Origin: Candidatus Daviesbacteria bacterium
GTDB taxonomy: Bacteria; Patescibacteriota; Microgenomatia; Daviesbacterales; UBA10151
Length of the DNA stretch: 64,000 bases
Reading direction: 5' to 3'
Assembly (NCBI GenBank): GCA_016183305.1
Contig: JACPEW010000018.1
Location: 2,280 to 66,279, forward strand
The translations under genes and the position numbers were made by a program. The notes beneath the pieces were generated by a model. The model was not told where the DNA came from. It did not search any database and saw only the letters and a list, made by a program, of their open reading frames with translations. Below are positions 1 through 8,874 of this stretch, piece after piece (within the stretch, counting starts at the first letter, position 1; every line of letters begins with the position of its first letter).

Positions 1-34
1 GTCTTTGCAACCATTCAGGAGTTGACAAAGAAAT

Positions 35-114
35 GTCATTGCGAGCGCAGCGTAGCAATCTTGATTATTAAATAAAGATCACTACGGTCCGTCTGTGGCG
101 GACCTCGTGATGAC
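35..114. repeat. Palindromic element copy (intergenic)
   Basis: GTCATTGCGAGC...AATCTTGATT...CGTGATGAC. Confidence 0.65.
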
Positions 115-253
115 AAAACAATTAGGAGATTTTGGAAACTCCTGGACTAATACGTGTCTTTGAGAATCTCCTTTTATAAGTGTTGCTGGTAATGTCTCAT
201 TTGTCTCATTTAGGCTCAATATGAGTCAATGACTATAAGGAAACCTTGTAAGC

Positions 254-706
254 TTGCTTGAAAGAGGTTTCCTTTCAAGCTTCGCTTATAGTAACACAAA
301 GGTTCTAGACAGGAGTGCTCAACTTGAACTGAGAGATTATAATAGTTTTGTGATTTACTATGTTTATATTCTTAGAACTTCTTCTAATACTTTATATATT
401 GGACAAACAAATAATTTAGAAAAAAGGCTAAAAGAGCATAAGGAAAAGAAAGCAAAATCTGCTAAATATCTTAGATATTTTTCCTCTTTTCAACTAGTTT
501 ACTCAGAAACATATAATTCCCGGGCAGAAGCTTTGAAAAGAGAATATCAATTAAAGCAATGGCCAAAAGCTAAAAAAGAAGCTTTGTTAGTCAGTCAAGG
601 CGGGCAGTGTCTTCCTTGCCCAAAATCTCAAAGGTTTCTAAGCCTCAAAAAGAACAACCATCAGTTCAGGAAAATCCTTAAAATCTTATGCACTGTTCCA
701 GGATAA
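254..706 (+). CDS. GIY-YIG nuclease family protein (YhbQ/UPF0213-like)
   Basis: The translation contains YYVYILRTSSNTLYIGQTNNLEKRLKEH...AEALKREYQLKQW, which is a GIY-YIG domain layout. The domain begins near an in-frame GTG at 350, so the true start may be 350. Confidence 0.7.
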   Translation: MLERGFLSSFAYSNTKVLDRSAQLELRDYNSFVIYYVYILRTSSNTLYIGQTNNLEKRLKEHKEKKAKSAKYLRYFSSFQLVYSETYNSRAEALKREYQLKQWPKAKKEALLVSQGGQCLPCPKSQRFLSLKKNNHQFRKILKILCTVPG

Positions 707-733
707 TAGTTTATCTGTTATATTATATGTAGC

Positions 734-1927
734 GTGAATTTGGATCTTGCCTGCAAGCAGCTTTTTTTAGAAAACAGAAGGTATAAAAGGAAATTCCAGT
801 ACACTGTGCCTTCTCCCACCACTTATCCCTATCAATGGTTATGGGATTCTTGTTTTCATATAATTATTTTGAATCATTTTAATGTTGAATATGCCAAAAA
901 AGAAGTTTTATCATTGCTATCCCAGCAATTCGAGAATGGCATGATTCCCCATATGATCTATTGGGACGACTTTACCGAAACTTCCTTTCCTCATATCAAG
1001 TGGGGTAAAAATGGCACAAGTACCTTAACCCAGCCTCCTATGGTTGCTTATGCTGTTTGGACAGTTTACCAAAAAGATAAAGACCTGAATTTTATAAAAT
1101 CAATATATCCAAAACTCTTCCATTATTATAGATATTTACTGACAGAACGGGATCCTCATGAGAATCACTTAATTGGTATTATGAATCCCGATGAGTCAGG
1201 AGAAGATAATTCTCCCCGTTTTGATATCCCCTTAGGCCTGCCTGCGCAGCATACTCTAAAAGAAAATACTAAAAAAAGGTTTGAGCTTATAAAACAAAAT
1301 ATAAAATGTAAATTTGATGCCCCTTTTTGTATGAGAAATTTTTTCTGGGTTAAGGATGCGCCTTTTAACTCTATCATGGTGGAAAACTTAAAACTGCTTT
1401 CAAAGATTGCCTTAGTAATTGGCAACCGCGATGATGCTTTGTATTTTAACCAAAAAGCAGATGAGATATCCTCAGCAATGAGGAAATTAATGTTAGAAGA
1501 CGGGATTTTTTGGTCTACCTATGGCGAGAATGGCAGTTACAAAAAGATTAAGGTCAAAACCTGGGCAGTTTTTGCCCCTCTTTTCGCCCAGATAGCAAGC
1601 AAAGCCGAGGCAAAAAATTTAGTTGATGATTACCTGCTTAACCCAAAAGAGTTTCAAACCAAATTCCCCGTTCCAACTACTTCTTTAAGCGAACCTTCAT
1701 TTGATCCTGAAGGGTTTTGGCGGGGGCCTATTTGGATGGGAACTAACTGGTTTATTTACAAAGGACTAATAAATTATGGTTTTCTAAAAGAAGCAAAAAC
1801 TATTAAAGAGGCTTCAGTTGCCTTGCTACAGAAGAGCGGTTTTAGGGAATATTTTAATCCTTTAACAGGAGAAGGTTTAGGAGCAGAAAACTTTACCTGG
1901 GGTGGATTGATTGTTGATATGGTTTAA
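734..1927 (+). CDS. GH63-like six-hairpin glycosidase (mannosylglycerate/glucosylglycerate hydrolase-like), paralog 1
   Basis: Motifs YPYQWLWDSCFH, TQPPM, NPDESGEDNSPRFD, WRGPIWMGTNWF and FREYFNPLTGEGLGA are present. It is a paralog of 10972..12138. Confidence 0.7.
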   Translation: MNLDLACKQLFLENRRYKRKFQYTVPSPTTYPYQWLWDSCFHIIILNHFNVEYAKKEVLSLLSQQFENGMIPHMIYWDDFTETSFPHIKWGKNGTSTLTQPPMVAYAVWTVYQKDKDLNFIKSIYPKLFHYYRYLLTERDPHENHLIGIMNPDESGEDNSPRFDIPLGLPAQHTLKENTKKRFELIKQNIKCKFDAPFCMRNFFWVKDAPFNSIMVENLKLLSKIALVIGNRDDALYFNQKADEISSAMRKLMLEDGIFWSTYGENGSYKKIKVKTWAVFAPLFAQIASKAEAKNLVDDYLLNPKEFQTKFPVPTTSLSEPSFDPEGFWRGPIWMGTNWFIYKGLINYGFLKEAKTIKEASVALLQKSGFREYFNPLTGEGLGAENFTWGGLIVDMV

Positions 1928-1936
1928 ACTTAAGTT

Positions 1937-3337
1937 ATGGGATTAAATCTATTAAAAACCAATACTCTTCCTGAGGCTTTGCCAGTTAAAAAACTGATTG
2001 GTCCAAGTTTTTTGATTTTAGCCTTAGGACTGGGCAGCGGTGAGGTAATTTTGTGGCCATATTTGTCTGCTAATTTTGGTTTGGGGATTATATGGGGAGC
2101 ATTATTAGGTCTGACTTTTCAATTTTTTATGAACATGGAAATTGAAAGGTATGCTTTAGCTCATGGAGAGAGTATTTTTGTGGGGCTGGCTAGGAAGTTT
2201 AGATTGATTTCTTTTTGGTTTTTGTTTTCTACTTTTATTCCCTGGATGTGGCCAGGTATTATTGCCTCCTCTGCTAAATTTTTAGGCACTGTGATAGGGG
2301 TTGCTGGTACTCATTACTTGGCTATAGGTTTGCTTTTTTTGATTGGAACAATTTTGTCTTTAGGGCCGGTTTTGTATAAAACAGTAGAGTTTTTGCAAAA
2401 AAGAATTATTCTTTTGGGAGTACCATCAGTATTTTTACTCAGTTTAATTTTAGCTAGGCCTGAGCACTGGCTGGATTTAGCCCAAGGGGCAGTTGGTATA
2501 GGCAAAGGTTATTTTTTGCTGCCAGAGGGTTTAGCAATAGCCTCATTTTTAGCAGCTTTAGCTTATGCAGGAGCAGGTGGTAATTTAAACCTTGCCCAAT
2601 CTTATTATGTGAAAGAAAAGGGTTATGGAATGGGAAAATATGCAGGCAGAATTACCGGCTTACTGACTGGGAAAAAAGAGCAGGTGTCTTTGACCGGGAC
2701 TAAATTTGAAGCAAATGAGGAAAATCTAAATAAATTTAATAAATGGTGGAGAAATATTAATATTGAGCATTTTGTGGTTTTTTGGTTAACAGGGTCTATA
2801 ACTATTTTGCTTTTGGCGCTGCTGTCCTATTCCACAGTGTTTGGTTTGGGTGGTAATGCCCAGGGAGTAAATTTTGTAATAAAAGAAGCAAGTGTCATCG
2901 GGCAAAATATAGCACCTTTTGCGGGTACTTTCTTTTTGATTGTAGTTGGTATAACTTTATTTGGTACCCAACTAGGAGTGTTTGATGCTACCAGCAGGAT
3001 ATTATCAGAAAATTTAATTTTAAGCTCTTTTGGAAAGCTTAGCGAACTGAATCTTAGATGTTTATATTACTTGGTTTTGTGGCTGCAAATTTTAGCTGGA
3101 ATTACTATTTTGCTGTTAGGTTTTACTGAGCCTTTACAGCTCGTGATAACAGCTGCTGTTTTAAATGCTATAGCTATGTTTGTTCATGTTGGACTGACTT
3201 TATGGTTGAATTTAAGTTTACTAGATAAACAAATCAGGCCTTCCTTATTTAGGGTAAGCGCTATGGTTTTAGCATTTCTTTTTTATGGAGGCTTTAGCAC
3301 TTATACAGTTTATGATAGATTTATTAGAAACTTCTAA
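1937..3337 (+). CDS. Polytopic membrane transporter, Nramp-like
   Basis: 466 aa and highly hydrophobic. The N-terminal GPSFLILALGLGSGEVILWPYL...MNMEIERYAL resembles Nramp-related carriers. The family assignment is tentative. Confidence 0.45.
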   Translation: MGLNLLKTNTLPEALPVKKLIGPSFLILALGLGSGEVILWPYLSANFGLGIIWGALLGLTFQFFMNMEIERYALAHGESIFVGLARKFRLISFWFLFSTFIPWMWPGIIASSAKFLGTVIGVAGTHYLAIGLLFLIGTILSLGPVLYKTVEFLQKRIILLGVPSVFLLSLILARPEHWLDLAQGAVGIGKGYFLLPEGLAIASFLAALAYAGAGGNLNLAQSYYVKEKGYGMGKYAGRITGLLTGKKEQVSLTGTKFEANEENLNKFNKWWRNINIEHFVVFWLTGSITILLLALLSYSTVFGLGGNAQGVNFVIKEASVIGQNIAPFAGTFFLIVVGITLFGTQLGVFDATSRILSENLILSSFGKLSELNLRCLYYLVLWLQILAGITILLLGFTEPLQLVITAAVLNAIAMFVHVGLTLWLNLSLLDKQIRPSLFRVSAMVLAFLFYGGFSTYTVYDRFIRNF

Positions 3338-4899
3338 TTAGTATTAGTTTTTAGCTTCTCTGTTACATCTATAAATTTATAATAATTTTTATCATCCTCA
3401 AAAATAATATTCCGGTCAGGAAGCAGTGGCAGATTAGTGCCAAAGTAAGTATTAAAAATCAGCCTGAAGGAATTAACTGGAGTAATTGCTGGATAAAGAA
3501 CATTATTTTTGTTTCCAGGTAATAAATAAGCTGTCAGGATGGGAAACTTTTCTTTTAAAGACTGGTCACTGGCATTTTTCCAGGCAAGGTTTTTAGAGAT
3601 TGGGTTTAAAATTGGCAGAGGCCCTTCATCTGCTTGAATTAGAATAACAGGCTTAACTGAAGAACTAGCTAATATTTTAGTTAAAACCTCTTCCATTTTT
3701 TTATTAGCGCATTGCAACTGGTTCAAATAATTTTCTTTCTCTCCGCTTTTAGAAGTAACAGTTTCTGGGAGAGGCTCACAATCTTTACCTAAAACATAAG
3801 GGTCATGCGGGATTAGGATATGGGTAAAAACAAATTTAGGTCCTCCTTGATTGATAATTTGATTAAACACCTCAAACTCATATAAAATCCTGCTTCTTTC
3901 CTCATTATTTTTTGGCTTCTCAGAAACCGCAGTGGGATCTGGATATAGTTTGGTTAAAATAGGAGAAGCCAAAGTAGTTTGTAAAAAGCCAGAGGTAAAC
4001 TCATCAGCAAATGGGTAACGCCCTCCTTTTAAAACAAAATTCTGGGAAGCCTTAGGGTTTGACCTGGTAGGGTCCCAGCCAGACCCAACATGAATATATG
4101 AATAACCTTTACTTTTTAAAAGTTGGATTACTTTACCATTTTGTACCAAAGGAGTGACAATTGATTCATCAGAAGTTGCTCCCCCATTAGTTTTTTCAGT
4201 TAAAAAATTTAAATACTCCATGTTCAGAGTAGAACCTAGAGATAAAAAAGTTTTAGGATAATTAGAAGTTGCTTCAGAGGCAATATAAAAACCTTTACTT
4301 TTTAGAAAATCTAAAAAAGGATTGTTATCAAAGCCATATTGTTTTAAAACCTCTGCCCCAGCATACCTGTCTAACACAAAGTAATAGATATCAGGTTTCT
4401 GACCGGCTATCTCACTATTTTCCTCAGGGATAGACCCGCTTTCTAAATTAAGTAAAGACAATCTTTTTATCTGGACTTCAAAAAAAGCGTTATTGCTTAG
4501 AACCATAATAATTAAAATTACCGATAAAATACTTAAAGCCCGGCTAATGTTATGAAGATATTTTTGGTAGCGGAAAACCAGAAAAATGAGGAATATAAAA
4601 ATAACCAGCAAACATATAGAAAGCAAGATATCAGAAGTTAATTTAATGCTTTTTGCCAGTTCTTTTACCCTGCTATAAGAAAAGAAAATAAGAATTAATA
4701 GTGAACTTGCTACAGCAGAAATTTCCAGTTTTCTAATAACGAGCCAGCAAACTGAGGAGATAAGTCCCAAAAAAGCCAGTGATAGAAGGATAGGTATTAG
4801 TAAAACATTTTCTTTATATTGGTTAATATTTTGGCTGTATAAAAAAATAGCGGGATAAAGGCTGAAAAAAATGGGGTGCAGGAAGAAGTATTTCTTCAT
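3334..4899 (-). CDS. Membrane-anchored sulfatase/alkaline-phosphatase superfamily protein (LTA-synthase-like)
   Basis: N-terminal TM helices are followed by DIYYFVLDRYAG, HILIPHDPYV and ILIQADEGP segments. The start was moved to the MKKYFF Met so that it overlaps the upstream stop by 4 nt. Confidence 0.6.
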   Translation of the reverse strand: MKKYFFLHPIFFSLYPAIFLYSQNINQYKENVLLIPILLSLAFLGLISSVCWLVIRKLEISAVASSLLILIFFSYSRVKELAKSIKLTSDILLSICLLVIFIFLIFLVFRYQKYLHNISRALSILSVILIIMVLSNNAFFEVQIKRLSLLNLESGSIPEENSEIAGQKPDIYYFVLDRYAGAEVLKQYGFDNNPFLDFLKSKGFYIASEATSNYPKTFLSLGSTLNMEYLNFLTEKTNGGATSDESIVTPLVQNGKVIQLLKSKGYSYIHVGSGWDPTRSNPKASQNFVLKGGRYPFADEFTSGFLQTTLASPILTKLYPDPTAVSEKPKNNEERSRILYEFEVFNQIINQGGPKFVFTHILIPHDPYVLGKDCEPLPETVTSKSGEKENYLNQLQCANKKMEEVLTKILASSSVKPVILIQADEGPLPILNPISKNLAWKNASDQSLKEKFPILTAYLLPGNKNNVLYPAITPVNSFRLIFNTYFGTNLPLLPDRNIIFEDDKNYYKFIDVTEKLKTNTN

Positions 4900-6284
4900 C
4901 TTTTTGTCTTCTCCATTAAATATAATATTCTTTGGCTGTTTTTGATAGGACAAATTTTTTTGATCTGGAAAAATTCTTTAAAAGCTTCCTCAAAACCTGC
5001 TTTAGTATAGGCTGGGAAAATATCTTCCCTATTTTGCAATAAAATTTTAACTTGCGAATCCTCTTTTGGTATAAACTCAATTATTAAATATTTGCTTAGT
5101 TTAGAAAAGAGAGAGGCAATATAAGATAAAGGTATATTAGCAGAGATTGCTAAATGATGAACTAAAGCTAAGGCTAGGGTAACGTCAGCAGGTCCTCTTT
5201 GAAAAAGAGATAACCTTTCTTCATTTGCCCAACCTAAAGACGGAGTTGGATTTGTTAAATCAATAAATAAGGGCAAAATATTTGTTTCATGATCCTTTAT
5301 CAGTTGTTGATAGTTTTTTTCTAAAGCTCCTAAATCAAGATCAAAAGAAATAACTAAATCAGCAAATTGCTTAGCAATTCTAGAAAAATAACCGGTATTT
5401 GCCCCCAAGTCCCAAATAGTTTTTGATTTAATAGATTTTAAAAAGCCTTTAACAAGTTCTCCTTTTTGGGTTAACGAAGAAGATGTGTAGTTATTATTTT
5501 CTCCGCTATAATACTCAGACCATTGTGTGTCTTTTGTATTCCAAGACAAGCTTTTGATTACCCCTTCTAAATTATCCAGTAAACCCAAAAATGCTCTTTT
5601 ACTAAAGCTTTTTTGGATCCTTGCAGAGCTTAGTTTTTTTTGATGATATTTTTTCTGGCTGGCAGCATGAGCATGGATATGTAGCATGACCCCTGGTTTA
5701 AAATGAGAGCGGAAGGGCAGCAATTTTGAGGCTAAATCAAGAGGAATACCATTAATAAAAAAAGAACTTAGCCTATTAAGACGGAAGTCAGTTAAAGACA
5801 TTAAGGTAAGAGGTGCTAAAAAATGTTCCACAAATTGTTTATAAGCAATCCAAGGTTTGCCTTCTCCGTATTTTTCAAAAGAAAGAGTATCAATGAGAAT
5901 TGGTTTTCCTTTCAAAAATTGAATATTAAAAGCGCTGGCATCTTTTAAACTTAATCCATGCTCTAAAGCAATTTTCTGGATATTTAAGGTTAAGAAAGCA
6001 GCATCTTTTAGCATCCCAAAACACCATTCATAAGGATAAGAAATAAAAGGGATTTGTTTAGGCTTAATAATTTTGTAGGCTTCAGGCGCTGGGTTTTTTA
6101 AATCAATTTCCTGATGTTCTATCAGCAGGTTTGAGGAAACTAGTTTATCATATAGCCCGGAATTTATTAGTAACTGGTAGTTGTCCTGATAGCTTTTATT
6201 AATCTGGCGGTAGATTAATTCTTTAATAGAAAAAACAAAACCGCTTGGGTCTTTAAAAGATGCAGAAATCCTGTCATTTTTCAT
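4896..6284 (-). CDS. Class I SAM-dependent methyltransferase with N-terminal extension
   Basis: IWDLGANTGYFSRIA is a glycine-rich SAM motif, and the gene overlaps both flanking genes in operon fashion. Confidence 0.6.
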   Translation of the reverse strand: MKNDRISASFKDPSGFVFSIKELIYRQINKSYQDNYQLLINSGLYDKLVSSNLLIEHQEIDLKNPAPEAYKIIKPKQIPFISYPYEWCFGMLKDAAFLTLNIQKIALEHGLSLKDASAFNIQFLKGKPILIDTLSFEKYGEGKPWIAYKQFVEHFLAPLTLMSLTDFRLNRLSSFFINGIPLDLASKLLPFRSHFKPGVMLHIHAHAASQKKYHQKKLSSARIQKSFSKRAFLGLLDNLEGVIKSLSWNTKDTQWSEYYSGENNNYTSSSLTQKGELVKGFLKSIKSKTIWDLGANTGYFSRIAKQFADLVISFDLDLGALEKNYQQLIKDHETNILPLFIDLTNPTPSLGWANEERLSLFQRGPADVTLALALVHHLAISANIPLSYIASLFSKLSKYLIIEFIPKEDSQVKILLQNREDIFPAYTKAGFEEAFKEFFQIKKICPIKNSQRILYLMEKTKR

Positions 6285-6487
6285 TACTGTGTAGTGTTTC
6301 TTTTTTGGAAGAAACGGTAAAACAGGTTTTTCAGTTTTCTAATGATAGATTTTATGAAAAATAGGCTGCCCAATAAACCAGCCATCAGTATCTGAAAAAG
6401 ATAACTTCCTGTTCCTGGATCAAGATAAGCATAGGCATTTTGTGGGAATATTAACATTAAAAATCCAAAATAAATAATTACTTTCAT
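6284..6487 (-). CDS. Small membrane protein (YLDPGTGS motif)
   Basis: 67 aa with a signal/TM segment and a YLDPGTGSYLFQ motif. Its stop overlaps the start of the methyltransferase gene. Confidence 0.5.
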   Translation of the reverse strand: MKVIIYFGFLMLIFPQNAYAYLDPGTGSYLFQILMAGLLGSLFFIKSIIRKLKNLFYRFFQKRNTTQ

Positions 6488-6530
6488 TGTCTGTCAAAAT
6501 TAAACTTTATCATAAATACCTATCCTAGGT

Positions 6531-6560
6531 AAACCCCCTCAGCTTTTTGAGGGGGTTTTA
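6531..6560 (-). terminator. Hairpin terminator downstream of 6581..7219
   Basis: A CCCCCTC / GAGGGGG stem is flanked by A/T runs. Confidence 0.55.
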
Positions 6561-6580
6561 AGGGATTAACTGTTATAATT

Positions 6581-7219
6581 TTACCGGCCTGACCTTTTGG
6601 ATCTTTTTGATCCACCTCTGTGTCTAATTCCGCTTAAATGAACAGGACCATATTCCCTGTATGGTTCTTCTCTTCTAGTAAATTCCTCCCGGGATTCAAC
6701 GCTTTTAATATTGTCTGCATCAAAATCCTTCAGGATATTTTCTACTTCCTGTTCCTCGCCTTCTCTGGCTGGAATAGCTATTAAAATGTCTCCTTCCTTA
6801 ATGTGTCCTTCATAAATAGCTGCATCCTCTTGGGATAGTCCGAAAGTTGAAGCTAAAGCACCAATCAAACCTCCTGCTAATGCTCCGGTGGCTGCGCCAG
6901 ATGCTGTGGTAGCTGCTGCTCCAGACAAGCCAAGAACTGCTGCTATTGGTCCTCCAATAAAGAAAGCCCCTAAACCAGGAATTACAAAGAAGGTAACCAG
7001 TCCTGCTATCCCTCCAACCACTGCTCCTGCGGCTGCTCCTCCTAAGGTTCCGCCAACTACATTTTCAGCCCCAGTTTCTGCAGCTAGTTTTTCTTCCGCG
7101 CCTCTATCCCTCATTATAATAGAAATGTCTTTTGGGTTATAGCCTTCTGCTTCCAATCCAGAAACAGCACCACTAGCCCTGTCTCTATGTGTAAAAACTC
7201 CTAAAACTACACTTGCCAT
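6581..7219 (-). CDS. Gly/Ala-rich membrane stress protein (YflT/general-stress-like N-domain)
   Basis: N-terminal VVLGVFTHRDRASGAVSGLEAEGYNPKDISII is followed by glycine-zipper TM segments and a basic tail. Confidence 0.5.
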   Translation of the reverse strand: MASVVLGVFTHRDRASGAVSGLEAEGYNPKDISIIMRDRGAEEKLAAETGAENVVGGTLGGAAAGAVVGGIAGLVTFFVIPGLGAFFIGGPIAAVLGLSGAAATTASGAATGALAGGLIGALASTFGLSQEDAAIYEGHIKEGDILIAIPAREGEEQEVENILKDFDADNIKSVESREEFTRREEPYREYGPVHLSGIRHRGGSKRSKRSGR

Positions 7220-7220
7220 A

Positions 7221-7481
7221 TTATTTCACCCCCTTCCGGGCTCTTTTGCCCAATCTAAGTCTGTGTTCTATCTCTTTTTCCTGCTTCATTGCTGCTTTTT
7301 CCATATCCTTCATAGAATCCATAACCTTCTTTTTAACACTAGATACAGTATGAAATACTTTATCTCTAACTTTTTTATCAGATAAGACTTTGGTAGCAAC
7401 TGCCCCAACTCCTGCCCCAATAACTGCTCCAGTAACTCCTGCAGCCATAGGATTCATTTGTTTACCATTTGTATCAGTCAA
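7221..7481 (-). CDS. YtxH-like protein
   Basis: MAAGVTGAVIGAGVGAVATKVL anchor followed by a charged helical tail. It is a paralog of 51559..51837. Confidence 0.5.
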   Translation of the reverse strand: MTDTNGKQMNPMAAGVTGAVIGAGVGAVATKVLSDKKVRDKVFHTVSSVKKKVMDSMKDMEKAAMKQEKEIEHRLRLGKRARKGVK

Positions 7482-7626
7482 TTTTTCTCACCTCCCATCT
7501 TTAGTAAAAAGGATACGGGAAGTATGTTAAGGGCATATAAGAAGAAAGCTATGTTACTGTAAGAAATACATAACTCTTACACTGTTTTTATATTAGTAAC
7601 GTACTAAATAATCTAAAATAGCTGAA

Positions 7627-7995
7627 ATGATTGTTGGAGAACCAATCCCAAAAGAACAAACAGTAATTGAGCCTAGCACTGGGGAAAAACCAGTTATAAA
7701 AGTTGAGCCTCCCCAGGTAAGTTATGAAAAAGAAAAAAGGATTATTATATATAAAAGGATCCTCTGGTATGTTTTAAGTGTTTTAGAATCCTTACTGGCT
7801 TTTAGGTTTATAATTAAATTGCTTGGGGCAAATCCCAATAATCTATTTAGCATTTTAATAGAAATTACCACTATTCCATTTTTATTTATTTTTATTAACT
7901 TATTCCCACCAGCCTCAAGTATTACTGGCAACTTAGTTTTAGAGTGGTCAACTTTATTTGCTCTCCAGGTTTTACAAACTCAAAAAGCCAATTAA
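7627..7995 (+). CDS. YggT-family-like membrane protein
   Basis: RILWYVLSVLESLLAFRFIIKLLGANPNN resembles a YGGT repeat. Confidence 0.45.
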   Translation: MIVGEPIPKEQTVIEPSTGEKPVIKVEPPQVSYEKEKRIIIYKRILWYVLSVLESLLAFRFIIKLLGANPNNLFSILIEITTIPFLFIFINLFPPASSITGNLVLEWSTLFALQVLQTQKAN

Positions 7996-8068
7996 CCCCA
8001 AAGAAGCAGAAGATAAAGTAGAAAAAATCATGCCTTAAACTTCTTTCTTACAATACTAGGCCTATAAC

Positions 8069-8097
8069 TTGACATTTTCCTCAATATATCCTGTAAT
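8069..8097 (+). promoter_or_regulatory. Candidate sigma70-type promoter (TTGACA-17-TGTAAT)
   Basis: TTGACA lies at 8069..8074, followed by a 17-nt spacer and TGTAAT at 8092..8097. No convincing CDS lies downstream. Confidence 0.4.
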
Positions 8098-8102
8098 ACT
8101 TC

Positions 8103-8340
8103 ACTTTATGATAGCTATTGAGGCAGAAATGCCCAGATTACAACAACTAGAAACTGATAGATTGAGAACTGTTTGTAGTGGTTGCCATCCTGCTGGAAGT
8201 AAATCTAGGGAAAGATTAATATCTTCAGGACAAGTAGACCTCGTTAGAACATATGGAGGTGCAGTAGTGCCCAGCGATAAACTATGAATGAAACAAGGGC
8301 CTAATAATACTAGGGCTATTCTTGAGCAAGTACGCACCAG
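8103..8340 (+). ncRNA. Candidate structured RNA of unknown class
   Basis: This segment is locally GC-richer and non-coding-looking. It has a GGCA-GAAA-TGCC hairpin at 8122..8133 and a composite hairpin at about 8188..8230. TATGG and CCTAAT motifs resemble tetraloop-receptor halves. It was not matched to any known family. Confidence 0.3.
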
Positions 8341-8438
8341 AAATATGGTAACATTTACTAGAAGACAAAATCTGCGCCAAGCAGCTTAACTTTTTATACA
8401 GGGACCCTGGAGAATTCAGAGAAGATTTACTTAACAGA

Positions 8439-8679
8439 TTAAGCTGAAATAACTTTTTGCCCTAGTTTACCTACCCTTTTTTCTAAGTGATCATATTCTT
8501 CTCTGGTAAGAGCATCATCTTTCAGTCAATCTTTACTCTACGTCATCAATACGCCTGTTAACTTCTTAAAATCCTTTATCTACTTTCCTCTCCAACTTGT
8601 TAATTTTGCCCAGCACTTCTTGTCTAAAAGCACTTTGTCCATTGATAAGTGCCTGGAGCATTTTTTGGATATCATTCAT
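8439..8679 (-). pseudogene. Disrupted small coiled-coil protein gene
   Basis: The frame starting MNDIQKMLQALINGQSAFRQEVLGKINKLERKVDKGF ends early. The continuation (..RRIDDVE.., LKDDALTREEYDHLEKRVGKLGQKVISA) lies in other frames. Confidence 0.4.
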
Positions 8680-8796
8680 TGTTTAAGTATATACCTGTTA
8701 GATTGCTGTCTTCAATAAGTTTCTTCTGTGTCCCCAGGATCACCACTATCTAAAAATATTTTGGTTTTTAAATTATTTGGCCTCATAAATATTATT

Positions 8797-8874
8797 GTCA
8801 TCTCGAGCGATTAGCGAGAGATCTTCCGGGCTTGGAAGATTCCTCACCCCGATTTAATCGGGGTTCGGAATGAC
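8797..8874. repeat. Palindromic element copy overlapping the tkt 3' end
   Basis: GTCATCTCGAGC...GAAGATTCCTCACCCCGATTTAATCGGGGTTCGGAATGAC. The tkt stop codon lies inside the element. Confidence 0.7.

Noticed and set aside
8069-8337. ORFs 8069..8287 (+) and 8101..8337 (-) as protein genes
   Set aside because: They are mutually antisense and have no ribosome-binding site or motifs. Their composition is unlike neighbouring genes. I treat the region as a possible structured RNA instead, with low confidence.
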